Positions 16,812 through 25,373 of a stretch of DNA of 64,000 nt are shown here, piece after piece. The translations under genes were made by a program, and so were the position numbers. The stretch's first letter is position 1, and each line of letters starts with the position of its first letter. This DNA is from Minisyncoccota bacterium (lineage in GTDB: Bacteria; Patescibacteriota; Minisyncoccia; Phycocordibacterales; UBA918): contig JALHRC010000005.1 in assembly GCA_022841645.1 (NCBI GenBank), positions 2,804-66,803 of the forward strand, in the 5' to 3' direction. A model generated the notes under the pieces. That model had not been told where the DNA came from. It saw nothing but the letters and a program-made list of their open reading frames with translations, and did no database searches.

Positions 16812-18785
16812 ATGGTTGAACGTTCTTCAGTGGCAATACCAGTGGCAACAACCGAAGAGCTATCTTCGGTCACGAAAGTGACGCTCGCTCCTAAAGCACC
16901 CCGGCCAAAGACCACTGCTGGCAAAAAGCGCGTAGCAGCCAAGAAATCTCCGGCAAAAAAAGCACGCAGAGCGACTACTAAGAAGGCCACTGCAGCTGGC
17001 CACGAGCACGACCACAAAAGCAGTACGGCGCGGAGTGCAGCCTTCACACCCGCCATGCCCCAGCTTCGCCCAGGGCAGCGCATCAATTTTAAGCGGGACC
17101 CTTTGGGACATCTCCTCGTTGAGAAACTCCTTCGTGAAGCCGGCTTCCGCGGTACCGTTTCTTCTGAAAAAGCGACGCTCGAAAAATACAGCACTGATGA
17201 AAGTATTTTTTCCGTCACCCCGCAGGTAGTGCTCATTCCCAAGAATCGTCGCGACATCGAAATCGCTGCTGCCGTAGTGGCGCGCGAGACCAAGCGCTTC
17301 TCGTCACTCTCAGTAACGCCGCGCGCAGCCGGCACTGGCCTTTCTGGCGGTTCGCTCACCGACTCCATCATCATGGACGTCTGCCCGCACCTTCATCACA
17401 TCAGTGAGGTGGTAGTGAAGAAAGACAAAATCACTATTACCTGTGAGCCAGGTGCGATGTGGCGTGATGTCGAGAAAAAGCTGAAGGCCCATGATGCGTA
17501 CCTCCCTTCCTATACTTCTTCAAAAGACATCTGCTCGATCGGTGGCTCGATTGGCAACAACGCCGCTGGTCCTGACTCGCTACGCTACGGCCACTGCGCT
17601 GACTGGGTGGAATCACTTGAGATGGTACTTAGTGACGGCCACACCTACACCGTAAAGCCGCTTTCTCTGCGCGAGTATCAGGCACTCGCCAAGCAAAAGC
17701 ACGAACACGCCCGCATCGCCCGCGAAATTTTCAAACTCATCGAAGAAAACGAACAAACCATCATCACCGGCAAACCCCCAACACCGAAAAATACTGCCGG
17801 TTACAGCCTGTGGAGAGTTTTTAGCGATGGCGTCGCACAGTTTAAGAAGGGTGTCGGTACCTTCGACCTAACCCGCCTCATCTGCGGTAGCCAAGGCACC
17901 ATCGGTATCATTACCGAAGTCACTATGCGGGCCCTGCCAATTCACCACCAGACAACGCTACTGGCTATTCCGATCTTCGATCTACAAGACGCGGCCGCCG
18001 TGGTACAAAAAGCTCTGGTCTTTAACCCAATCAACATTGAAATTTACGACGCTCTCACTTTTGACATGGCGCTTAAGAACCCGACCTTCTTCAAAGCGCG
18101 CCTCGCCGGGCTTGCCTACTACCGCACCATGCTTTCGATGTACGGCACTTTCCATGTGCGCTACGGTCGCAAGACTCCCGAGTTTACTATTTTGGTTACT
18201 CTGGATGAAGACACCGTTGCCAAACATTCCCTCCCCGAGCTTGCTATCGCCATGAGCGGCGGCGGCGCCCGCGCCCGGGTAGTGACCAACAAAATCGAAA
18301 TCGAAATGCACCTCCAGATCCGCCGCGCGAGCTACCTTCTTTCGAAGCTCATCGACCCCGGCAAGCGTCCAGCGGCCTTCCTCGAAGACATGACCGTCCC
18401 GCCCGAGCACCTTGGAAAGTTTTTCCTTGAAATCAAGAACCTTTTAAAGGAATTTAATGTTACCTCGGCGGTGCATGGCCATGGCGGTAATGGTCACTTC
18501 CATTTCTACCCCTTACTCGATTTTACGAACCCCACCACCCCGCTTCTCGTCGAGCGGATGGCCGAGCGCTTCTACACCACGGCCATCAAGTACAAGGGAA
18601 ACATTTGTGGCGAGCACAACGATGGCATTATCCGTACACCGCACCTCTCTAAGATGTTCAGCCCGAAAATGCTGGAGCTCTTTAAAACTACCGAGCACAT
18701 TTTTGACCCCGATGATATCTTCAACCCAGGCAAGAAGGTCAATCCTCGTTTCGACATCAAGGAAACAATGCGAAAAACCAATTAG
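16812..18785 (+). CDS. FAD-linked oxidase (glycolate oxidase/D-lactate dehydrogenase-like, FAD_binding_4 + FAD-oxidase_C) with a Lys/Ala-rich histone-like N-terminal extension
   Basis: The first ~70 residues are a K/A-rich tail (~90-residue N-terminal extension before the FAD-binding domain). The FAD-binding PCMH domain follows (VVLIPKNRRDIEIAAAVV, RAAGTGLSGGS), then a C-terminal oxidase domain. The true start could be internal. Confidence 0.7.
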   Translation: MVERSSVAIPVATTEELSSVTKVTLAPKAPRPKTTAGKKRVAAKKSPAKKARRATTKKATAAGHEHDHKSSTARSAAFTPAMPQLRPGQRINFKRDPLGHLLVEKLLREAGFRGTVSSEKATLEKYSTDESIFSVTPQVVLIPKNRRDIEIAAAVVARETKRFSSLSVTPRAAGTGLSGGSLTDSIIMDVCPHLHHISEVVVKKDKITITCEPGAMWRDVEKKLKAHDAYLPSYTSSKDICSIGGSIGNNAAGPDSLRYGHCADWVESLEMVLSDGHTYTVKPLSLREYQALAKQKHEHARIAREIFKLIEENEQTIITGKPPTPKNTAGYSLWRVFSDGVAQFKKGVGTFDLTRLICGSQGTIGIITEVTMRALPIHHQTTLLAIPIFDLQDAAAVVQKALVFNPINIEIYDALTFDMALKNPTFFKARLAGLAYYRTMLSMYGTFHVRYGRKTPEFTILVTLDEDTVAKHSLPELAIAMSGGGARARVVTNKIEIEMHLQIRRASYLLSKLIDPGKRPAAFLEDMTVPPEHLGKFFLEIKNLLKEFNVTSAVHGHGGNGHFHFYPLLDFTNPTTPLLVERMAERFYTTAIKYKGNICGEHNDGIIRTPHLSKMFSPKMLELFKTTEHIFDPDDIFNPGKKVNPRFDIKETMRKTN

Positions 18786-18796
18786 TCAGAAACTTT

Positions 18797-19213
18797 TTAG
18801 TTAAGCAACGTTACGAGGTGTGGCATAAACACCAAGAGACCAATCACAAGCGCAGTGAGAGCGGCCAGCAACACCGCCCCGGCTGCCACATCCTTCGTGT
18901 CGCGAGCGTACGGGTGATACTCGGGTGAAGTAAGGTCTATATCAATTTCAATGGCGGTATTAAACGCCTCGGCCACGAAAACAAAACCAGCAGCCAGTAC
19001 AATCAGCGCCCACTCAAGAGTTGAGAGGGAAAAATATATTCCCAGCGCCACTACCACGAAGAGCGCCAACACATGGAGCCACGCATTGTGGGTCGTTCTA
19101 ATGAAAAGCAACACCCCACGGCCAGCGTGCGCAAAACTTTTTGCGCGCTTTAAAAGTGAAAATTCCTCCGGTGTGTCAATGCGTTCTTCCATAGTAATCA
19201 GTCTAGCACGCAA
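18797..19213 (-). CDS. dgkA: Diacylglycerol kinase / undecaprenol kinase (DgkA family)
   Basis: The 138-aa product has three TM helices and the conserved AEAFNTAIE and EL..LLK motifs. Confidence 0.8.
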   Translation of the reverse strand: MRARLITMEERIDTPEEFSLLKRAKSFAHAGRGVLLFIRTTHNAWLHVLALFVVVALGIYFSLSTLEWALIVLAAGFVFVAEAFNTAIEIDIDLTSPEYHPYARDTKDVAAGAVLLAALTALVIGLLVFMPHLVTLLN

Positions 19214-19230
19214 TAACAGAGCACGTTATG

Positions 19231-19854
19231 CTACTTAACATTCATTCCCGCAGCCGCAGCAAGGGCAATGAACTCTTCAAAGGAACCCGGCTGCGGCAGA
19301 TCATGCATCGGAAGAACCTTTCCTACCCGCTTAAATTGCTCTGCGAACGAGAGTGCTTCGGTGGGCCCAAAGGTATAGTGACCACCGACTGGTATCATAG
19401 CTACATCAACCTCGAGTGGTGACACATCAATACCCGAGGGAACGTACATGTCACCCGCAAAATAAATAGTTTCGCCGTCAGCAGAAAACAGGAAGCCGAA
19501 GTTCTCCTTTGGGTGCGCCGAGGTATTGGGGCCATGATCCACCACAAATACTTGCACTGAAATATCCCCAGTGGTGAACGTCTGCCCTGCCTGAATAGTA
19601 ACCATGTCGCCCACGAGCGTCTCCTCTCCCAGCCGCTCCTCACACTCGTGACTAAGATAGACCTGCTGTGGCGACAGTGCCCGCAGATGTTCGGGTGAAA
19701 AATGATCACCATGGAAATGGGACACGAGCGCCGCATCTACCCGAAGGCCGGCAAGCCTCTCAAGCGGGGTATAGCTACCAATATCTACCGCCAACCGAAA
19801 TCCGCTTTTCGTTTCGATAATACACCCCGACTGCTCTAGTTGTGTAATTATCAT
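19231..19854 (-). CDS. MBL-fold metallo-hydrolase
   Basis: It carries the HFHGDH motif and downstream His/Asp ligands. Confidence 0.75.
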   Translation of the reverse strand: MIITQLEQSGCIIETKSGFRLAVDIGSYTPLERLAGLRVDAALVSHFHGDHFSPEHLRALSPQQVYLSHECEERLGEETLVGDMVTIQAGQTFTTGDISVQVFVVDHGPNTSAHPKENFGFLFSADGETIYFAGDMYVPSGIDVSPLEVDVAMIPVGGHYTFGPTEALSFAEQFKRVGKVLPMHDLPQPGSFEEFIALAAAAGMNVK

Positions 19855-19885
19855 GCGGCGATTCTATCACAAGATACGGTGCCTG

Positions 19886-20368
19886 CTACTTACCCACAAC
19901 AAGATTAAGGGCGGCTAGTGCGTAGCGATAAGTATCGGCACGCAGACGTTCGTCACTATCGCGTAGCGCATCAAGCTCCACTCGAGTCAGCCAACGACAG
20001 TCGGTACCCTTATCGGCCTCAGTCTGAGGGTTGATCACACGTGAGGATGCGTGAGCCACAAAAATAAAACTAGAGTGATCGTGAGTAACGGTGATAGGGT
20101 GACGATTTACAAACAGAGGAGGCACAAGGTCTTTATTCCCGTCAGTATCCTCACGCTGCCATCCTGCCGGCCCAATCAGCTCAATGGGCAAGCCGACTTC
20201 CTCCCAGGTCTCTCGTACAGCAGCTTCGTTTGCATCCTCGCCTGGATCGATATGTCCGCCAGGAGCGCCCCAAATATTGTATTTTTCATGAAGGCGCAAC
20301 AAGACAGCATCTCCTTCTACAACGTAGACATCAACACAAAGATCGAGGTAGTAATTGTTATGCGCCAT
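19886..20368 (-). CDS. NUDIX hydrolase
   Basis: It carries the Nudix box [24 protein letters not shown]. Confidence 0.75.
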   Translation of the reverse strand: MAHNNYYLDLCVDVYVVEGDAVLLRLHEKYNIWGAPGGHIDPGEDANEAAVRETWEEVGLPIELIGPAGWQREDTDGNKDLVPPLFVNRHPITVTHDHSSFIFVAHASSRVINPQTEADKGTDCRWLTRVELDALRDSDERLRADTYRYALAALNLVVGK

Positions 20369-20373
20369 AATAT

Positions 20374-20898
20374 TTATGCTAGCGGGTACTCAATAAAAAC
20401 ATGAGGCTCACTACTGTCGTACCACTCATCAATCGTGCGTACGGCCTTGGCACCAAACGCCTCGTAAAGGCGCACATGTTCAACAGGCACATGCGCCACT
20501 ACTTTGGTGTACCCGCGTCTCATCGCTTCATCGGTAAGTGCCTTGATGACACCCGACGTATGTAAAACGCGATGTGGTGGAGCAATTGCAAACGTTTCAA
20601 TGTACAGATCGGTAGAACGCGGGGTAAATTGTTGATCGTTCTCTACCAAACTCGCATCCGTCGCAGTAGTGGGTATAGCCAAAATATAACCAACGGTTTC
20701 CTTCTGTGCGCTACGTATAACAGCCACCACGTTATCTGGATTCTGTAGTGACTCTGATAGCTCCTCCATGTCATCATCTGACACTTCCCAGTCAAACGTA
20801 CTGCGCTCAAGATTAACTATCTGCTCAACTTCCTCTGCGCTTGGGTTTTCAAGGACGCTCACTGATGGGCGACCCAGCGATTCTGGTGATTCACTCAT
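20374..20898 (-). CDS. Putative GNAT-family acetyltransferase
   Basis: It has a GNAT-like core ([24 protein letters not shown]). Assignment is weak. Confidence 0.4.
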   Translation of the reverse strand: MSESPESLGRPSVSVLENPSAEEVEQIVNLERSTFDWEVSDDDMEELSESLQNPDNVVAVIRSAQKETVGYILAIPTTATDASLVENDQQFTPRSTDLYIETFAIAPPHRVLHTSGVIKALTDEAMRRGYTKVVAHVPVEHVRLYEAFGAKAVRTIDEWYDSSEPHVFIEYPLA

Positions 20899-21005
20899 GG
20901 TGATATTGTTTATGACTGACTTTCGCCACTACGACCTTTACTACTTGAGCGATTAATGTGTCATTTTGTAGTAACATAAACTATAATTTGTACAAGCACT
21001 ACCCA

Positions 21006-21188
21006 TTAAGCCTTCTCCTTCCAATCTCTAATGGTAAAGGTCTGTCCACGCTTTTCTACCACCACTTTTTGATCTTTCTTCCATCCCAACTCGCGCACCT
21101 GCTCGATGGGGAGCGTTACATACATGCTCCCGCCGCCTGTTTTCGACAGCTTGCGAATATGTCGCTCTTCTTGTTTACGATTTGCCAT
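21006..21188 (-). CDS. AbrB/MazE/SpoVT-family DNA-binding protein (antitoxin-like, 60 aa)
   Basis: It carries a swapped-hairpin beta-barrel signature (MYVTLPIEQVRELGWKKDQKVVV). Palindromic operator P1 lies 16 nt upstream of its ATG. Confidence 0.6.
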   Translation of the reverse strand: MANRKQEERHIRKLSKTGGGSMYVTLPIEQVRELGWKKDQKVVVEKRGQTFTIRDWKEKA

Positions 21189-21203
21189 ACCCTATTCTAT
21201 CAC

Positions 21204-21243
21204 CCGCGTACACCAATAAATACGTATTTATTGGTGTACGCGG
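21204..21243. promoter_or_regulatory. Operator/promoter module P1: a perfect 40-bp palindrome (ccgcgtacaccaataaatacg|tatttattggtgtacgcgg) followed by a TAGAAT -10-like box and the start codon
   Basis: It sits 16 nt upstream of the AbrB-like ATG. A near-identical module, P2, lies upstream of the 22543..23175 gene. Confidence 0.6.
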
Positions 21244-21248
21244 TACTG

Positions 21249-22553
21249 TCACGGTCTTCGCGCTTTGAAAACAAGGCCACTAGGAACCTTTCTTCCTCCA
21301 TCAGGTACCCACAGGTGAGGATGTTGTGGCAGTGTCGGCCAGCGCACGTAGTGATAGTTACCGTATGACTTTATCTTTCGAGACCCATCATCGGCGCTGA
21401 TTTCCCTGGTAACAATTTTTGCTGACTGACCTCCATCGAGAAAATAGGCCCACGATACACCCAACTCTGCCATGTGCGTTGCCACCTCATGGGGTGAAAT
21501 ACCTGCACACAGTGCGGACCGTGGTAGACCATCAAACAGTCTGGTGTGCAACGTTCCTCGTCCATCCATATAAATAACATTACGAGCAATTCGATTTGTT
21601 CCAAAAGGCACATTATCGCCAAGTGAAGAATCGTGATTTATGGGATGGTCACTGGTATGCAAGAAGTGAGCAACATTGGGTCCAATACAAAATCCTGAAG
21701 TAACGCCACTAATGTCGATTCCCTGGATACTGGAAAGGGTGATCGCATCCCCGGGCGTTACGGTGCTCGGGGCCAGTACTTGTAATACACCCAACTCTTG
21801 ATAAACAGAGCTGCCTCCCCCCGGTCGGGTAGCCTTCACATATAAATCCCCTTCACTATTCTGCGCAATCACCATATCAATGACACCATTCTTAACCGGC
21901 GTAGTAACAGGCTTCATGACCCGCATCGACCCAGCCTTGTCAGATTTTTCATGCTTCACAACACCGGAAGCAGACGTATAAAGTACGGCCTCCCCATTTG
22001 TGGCTTCTGACTGAGAACCTCGCCAGGTATACCTGCTGCCGCCAATTACTACCTCACCCGCAGCAGTCACTTCCGCTACTGCAACCCCTCCTTCTACGCT
22101 ATATAAAAATGGCCTATCAGCAACTGGCAGCGAACTGATCATTCCGTTGCGTATCTCTAGTTGCAAATTATGATTACCATGTTGCTCGACCGCCATTTGA
22201 TCAGCTAACAAAAAGAAGCCGCCATTGGTCACTGCCACAACCGAGGGGTCGTTCTGGATAATTCGCTTTAGGAGCAGTGGGGTGTCGGTAGAAAACAATT
22301 CAACAGTCACCCTTTCGCTCGATGTGCGAGCGAGATCATAAAAGTTCACATACGAACCATCAGTTCCTAGCGAAAGCGAACCCATCTCAAGTTGCAGACC
22401 AGGAGCAAGATCAACGATCTCGCTCGATTGCTTTCGCTCCAAAGCACTTCTGGTATGCAAAAGTGTCTCCAGGGGAGGAACATCTATACCATTCTCTTCC
22501 GCAAAGCGCCGGCGCCGTTCCTCATTGAACCGTTTATACATCTCATGCGCCAT
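21249..22553 (-). CDS. Phosphodiester glycosidase family protein (DUF2233/NAGPA-like)
   Basis: It has the VTNGGFF motif and beta-rich repeats. The start is chosen at MAHEMYKRF, overlapping the upstream stop by 11 nt. The 73-codon N-terminal extension of the raw ORF was rejected. Confidence 0.6.
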   Translation of the reverse strand: MAHEMYKRFNEERRRRFAEENGIDVPPLETLLHTRSALERKQSSEIVDLAPGLQLEMGSLSLGTDGSYVNFYDLARTSSERVTVELFSTDTPLLLKRIIQNDPSVVAVTNGGFFLLADQMAVEQHGNHNLQLEIRNGMISSLPVADRPFLYSVEGGVAVAEVTAAGEVVIGGSRYTWRGSQSEATNGEAVLYTSASGVVKHEKSDKAGSMRVMKPVTTPVKNGVIDMVIAQNSEGDLYVKATRPGGGSSVYQELGVLQVLAPSTVTPGDAITLSSIQGIDISGVTSGFCIGPNVAHFLHTSDHPINHDSSLGDNVPFGTNRIARNVIYMDGRGTLHTRLFDGLPRSALCAGISPHEVATHMAELGVSWAYFLDGGQSAKIVTREISADDGSRKIKSYGNYHYVRWPTLPQHPHLWVPDGGRKVPSGLVFKARRP

Positions 22554-23175
22554 GATGTCCTTTTGTGAGTGCACTAATAACTGCGTCCTGCTGTAGTAAG
22601 TAGCGGACTGGATACGTGATATTTTTTGGGAGTGCTGACAGAGAATACCAAGCGAACCGACTCCCTTCTTCATCGAGCATAACCGATGGATCAGTAATAG
22701 TAGCGTGATAGAGATGCCAGGTGTGAATATCTGCTCCGCCCATGCACTCGTCACCCTCAATTGTTCCCTCAAAAATTAACCGCGCATCGTCTAATAGAAT
22801 ACCTACTTCTTCAAAAGCTTCTCGCAGTGCTGCTTGTTTTGGCTTCTCAGATGGTGTCATGTGTCCACCAGGGATGGTCCACAGAAAAGGATATTTGGTG
22901 CGCAAAAAGAAGAGCAACTCGCCTCGGCCATTTTCAATAATAATTCCAGCCCCTTCGTGTACCAAATTGTCACACGTATCAAAATACTGAATCATGTGAG
23001 GATCCCAGATATTTACTCGATCAGCTATGTGGTGGCAGGCCTTGCAATAAAATTGTACCCGTGGACCATCTACAGTATCCACCGTCAACTTCTCAACTGA
23101 CGCGGCGCCGCACTGGAAACAATACTTGGTGTGAACATTAGGAAGTGTGGCAGGAAAATTAGCTCGTTTAGCCAT
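22543..23175 (-). CDS. NUDIX hydrolase with an N-terminal zinc ribbon (NudC-like)
   Basis: It has a Cx2C..Cx2C zinc ribbon (CFQCG..CKAC) and the Nudix box GGHMTPSEKPKQAALREAFEEVGI. The start is chosen at ATG 23173-23175 (MAKRANF). Confidence 0.7.
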   Translation of the reverse strand: MAKRANFPATLPNVHTKYCFQCGAASVEKLTVDTVDGPRVQFYCKACHHIADRVNIWDPHMIQYFDTCDNLVHEGAGIIIENGRGELLFFLRTKYPFLWTIPGGHMTPSEKPKQAALREAFEEVGILLDDARLIFEGTIEGDECMGGADIHTWHLYHATITDPSVMLDEEGSRFAWYSLSALPKNITYPVRYLLQQDAVISALTKGHHGA

Positions 23176-23192
23176 ATCCCATTCTACCACCG

Positions 23193-23228
23193 ACGTACAC
23201 CAATAAATACGTATTTATTGGTGTACGT
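23193..23228. promoter_or_regulatory. Operator/promoter module P2: a perfect 36-bp palindrome (acgtacaccaataaatacg|tatttattggtgtacgt), a TAGAAT box and the start codon
   Basis: It sits 17 nt upstream of the NudC-like ATG. Sequence identity with P1 extends through the -10-like box into the first codons (MA[N/K]R). Confidence 0.6.
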
Positions 23229-23241
23229 GGATGGACGGTGC

Positions 23242-23492
23242 TCACCGGCTCTTTCGGCCAATAATTTGCAGCCAGTTAGTCGCATTTGATCCTTTGTTAC
23301 CTTCCCAGATAATTTCGAGCTCAAGTTTTAGAAAATGGGACCGGAGCTCCTCCAGCGTAAAGTAACTAAAGAAACGCTCGTACTCATATCCGTAATCATT
23401 CTCGACCCTTACCTCTTCGGCCACCAGGTGTCGGCATTGTGGTCCCGCACCCAATCCTCGGCGATGCGGTCGTAGGTAGCTTTCAAATCCAT
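23242..23492 (-). pseudogene. Remnant of a class I SAM-dependent methyltransferase (frameshifted and internally deleted)
   Basis: An N-terminal fragment (MDLKATYDRIAEDWVRDHNADTWW) in one frame is followed by a C-terminal-like fragment (EVRVENDYGYEYERFFSYFTLEELRSHF) in another. Together they total under 100 aa. Confidence 0.4.
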
Positions 23493-23545
23493 GAGTCCAG
23501 TATAGCAATGCGGTGAAGTCGAACCAAACCGCCAGCTTGGCACAC

Positions 23546-23575
23546 AAAAAGCATCCTGCAGGATGCTTTTTGTTA
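23546..23575. terminator. Perfect hairpin terminator (acaaaaagcatcctgcaggatgctttttgt)
   Basis: A 13-bp stem is flanked by A and T runs, making it bidirectional. Confidence 0.55.
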
Positions 23576-23809
23576 GTTCATGAGTTGTCAGCCTTGAGTG
23601 TTCTACTCGCTCTTCGATTTCTCTACTTTTTAACTTCGGCGGCTGGAGCGGGATGAGTACTTGGTGCTGGGGTAGCTGGAGTCGTTGCGACTTTTTTCTC
23701 GTCAGACATAACAATGTATGTTAGCTACTAAGCCGCGGCTAGACCATTATACTCCCGAAAATCATAATCACCTAACCTCTATTTTTCTGCAACTACTCAA
23801 ACGGCCGAC

Positions 23810-24259
23810 CTAAAGAAAGAAGCTCGCCATCAGAGCAACGAGCATGAGAATCACGAGGTGAGAAAAAATATCAGAGAAGAATTTTTTCCACACAATCGTG
23901 CGATCACAATTACTCCACAGGAGTGCCGAACCAACGACTGGCACCATAAAACACAACCAGTTAAGCGCCACAAAACCTGCCGCCACCCCAAATGGCACAC
24001 CATTTTGCATACTGGTCTGCACAATAAACACCACCGCCACTGCGGTAATGAGCGAGAGTACAAACTGACCTGCGTACAGCTTCCACATGGTTGGCTTGGC
24101 CTCGGCAATTTTTCGCTGCTGTTCCTCGGGTGTGAGCTTATCAAAACCAAGATACTGCATATGCAGTCTTCCCATCGGCGTGCCTGGACTGTACCAGATC
24201 GTACCGACTACCGCAGCAATCACGGCGCCGCCGAGGGCGAGCAAAATAATAGTGATCAT
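23810..24259 (-). CDS. Hypothetical polytopic membrane protein (DUF1761-like)
   Basis: The 149-aa product has four hydrophobic helices. Confidence 0.5.
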   Translation of the reverse strand: MITIILLALGGAVIAAVVGTIWYSPGTPMGRLHMQYLGFDKLTPEEQQRKIAEAKPTMWKLYAGQFVLSLITAVAVVFIVQTSMQNGVPFGVAAGFVALNWLCFMVPVVGSALLWSNCDRTIVWKKFFSDIFSHLVILMLVALMASFFL

Positions 24260-24362
24260 AAGCTACAAAAAGGTTAGATAAAATGAGAACTCAAGAGTAA
24301 TCATACCTCCACGTATCTGTTGTGCAGGTCGCTGGGCTGTGACTATGTGGCTTCTGAGGGGT

Positions 24363-24689
24363 CTAGCGCAGCTTAACGGCAGTACCGTAGACCAGTATCT
24401 CTGCCCCACCGGTAAGGACTTGCGCCGTAGAATAGCGCAGACACACCACCGCATCGGCGCCCAGTGCGCGAGCTTCCGTCAGCATACGCTCAGTAGCCTC
24501 TTCACGGGCCGCATTAAACGCCACCACATACCCTTTTACTTCTCCGCCGACGAGCGAGCGTAGGGCGGCCATGATGTCGCTACCAATATGGCGGGTTCTG
24601 ATGGTACTGCCCTTGACGAGTCCCACTACCTGCGCAATCTCGCGCCCAGCGATAGTCTCGGTCGTCACCATAAAAATGTCGCTTTTCAT
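24363..24689 (-). CDS. YbjQ/UPF0145 family protein
   Basis: It has UPF0145-like motifs (ETIAGREI..VGLVKGSTIRTRHIGSDI..LVGGE..GADAVVCLRY). The start is chosen at MKSDIF. Confidence 0.7.
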   Translation of the reverse strand: MKSDIFMVTTETIAGREIAQVVGLVKGSTIRTRHIGSDIMAALRSLVGGEVKGYVVAFNAAREEATERMLTEARALGADAVVCLRYSTAQVLTGGAEILVYGTAVKLR

Positions 24690-24768
24690 ACGCTCAGTAT
24701 ACCAAATTTGACCTCCCTCTTCCAAAAATAAAACTCGTCTCTATATTTCAAAAAAGCACCGCTGGTGC

Positions 24769-25296
24769 TTGCTATACTGGCAGTACATGACCAGCCACCA
24801 CCCTGCCTGGCGACTTATCGGCGTCACTCTCGCATCCGGCTACAGCCTCTACTACGCCAGCACAGCAACGGCGTGGCATTTTATTGACTACACCAATCTA
24901 ATTTTCCACGAAGCCGGACATGCCCTCTTCATGTTCTTTGGGGAATTTATCCAGATCGCCATGGGATCGGGGCTCCAGGTGCTCCTACCTCTCTCGATCG
25001 CTACGTATTTTTTCACGAAGGACCAACCCATTTCTGGCGCAATTTGTCTTATGTGGACCGGCATCAATTGTATAAATGTGTCAATCTACGCCGGCGACGC
25101 TTCCACTCTTGCGCTGCCGCTCCTCGGTGGCGAAGCAGTCATACACGACTGGAATTACCTACTGGGGGCGCTCGGCCTCCTCCACCGCACTTCCGAGGTG
25201 GCGGCAGTGCTTTATAGCCTCGGCATCATAGCCATCATCGCCGGCATCGGACTCTCCTATCACTTTGCACTTCAACAGTATGAGAGAACTATTTAA
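24769..25296 (+). CDS. Hypothetical membrane protein with an intramembrane HExxH motif (putative M50-like metalloprotease fold)
   Basis: It has the HEAGHALF motif and six hydrophobic helices. Confidence 0.4.
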   Translation: MLYWQYMTSHHPAWRLIGVTLASGYSLYYASTATAWHFIDYTNLIFHEAGHALFMFFGEFIQIAMGSGLQVLLPLSIATYFFTKDQPISGAICLMWTGINCINVSIYAGDASTLALPLLGGEAVIHDWNYLLGALGLLHRTSEVAAVLYSLGIIAIIAGIGLSYHFALQQYERTI

Positions 25297-25373
25297 CAGT
25301 GCGGTCACGTCGTCCACCAGAACTATCCAAGTCAAGACCCCAAGCGAAATACCGACCCTCTCCGCTGCGTACA

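Noticed and set aside
16762-17374. A 204-codon N-terminal extension of the helicase ORF
   Set aside because: It is antisense to the divergent FAD-oxidase coding region. Helicase conservation begins at MIQSLALAALK with Walker A immediately after.
17982-18804. Several 60-140 aa ORFs on both strands
   Set aside because: They are nested within or antisense to the FAD-linked oxidase gene.
22554-22772. A 73-codon N-terminal extension of the phosphodiester-glycosidase ORF
   Set aside because: It overlaps the upstream NudC-like gene out of frame. The conserved protein starts at MAHEMYKRF, overlapping the upstream stop in an operon-style junction.
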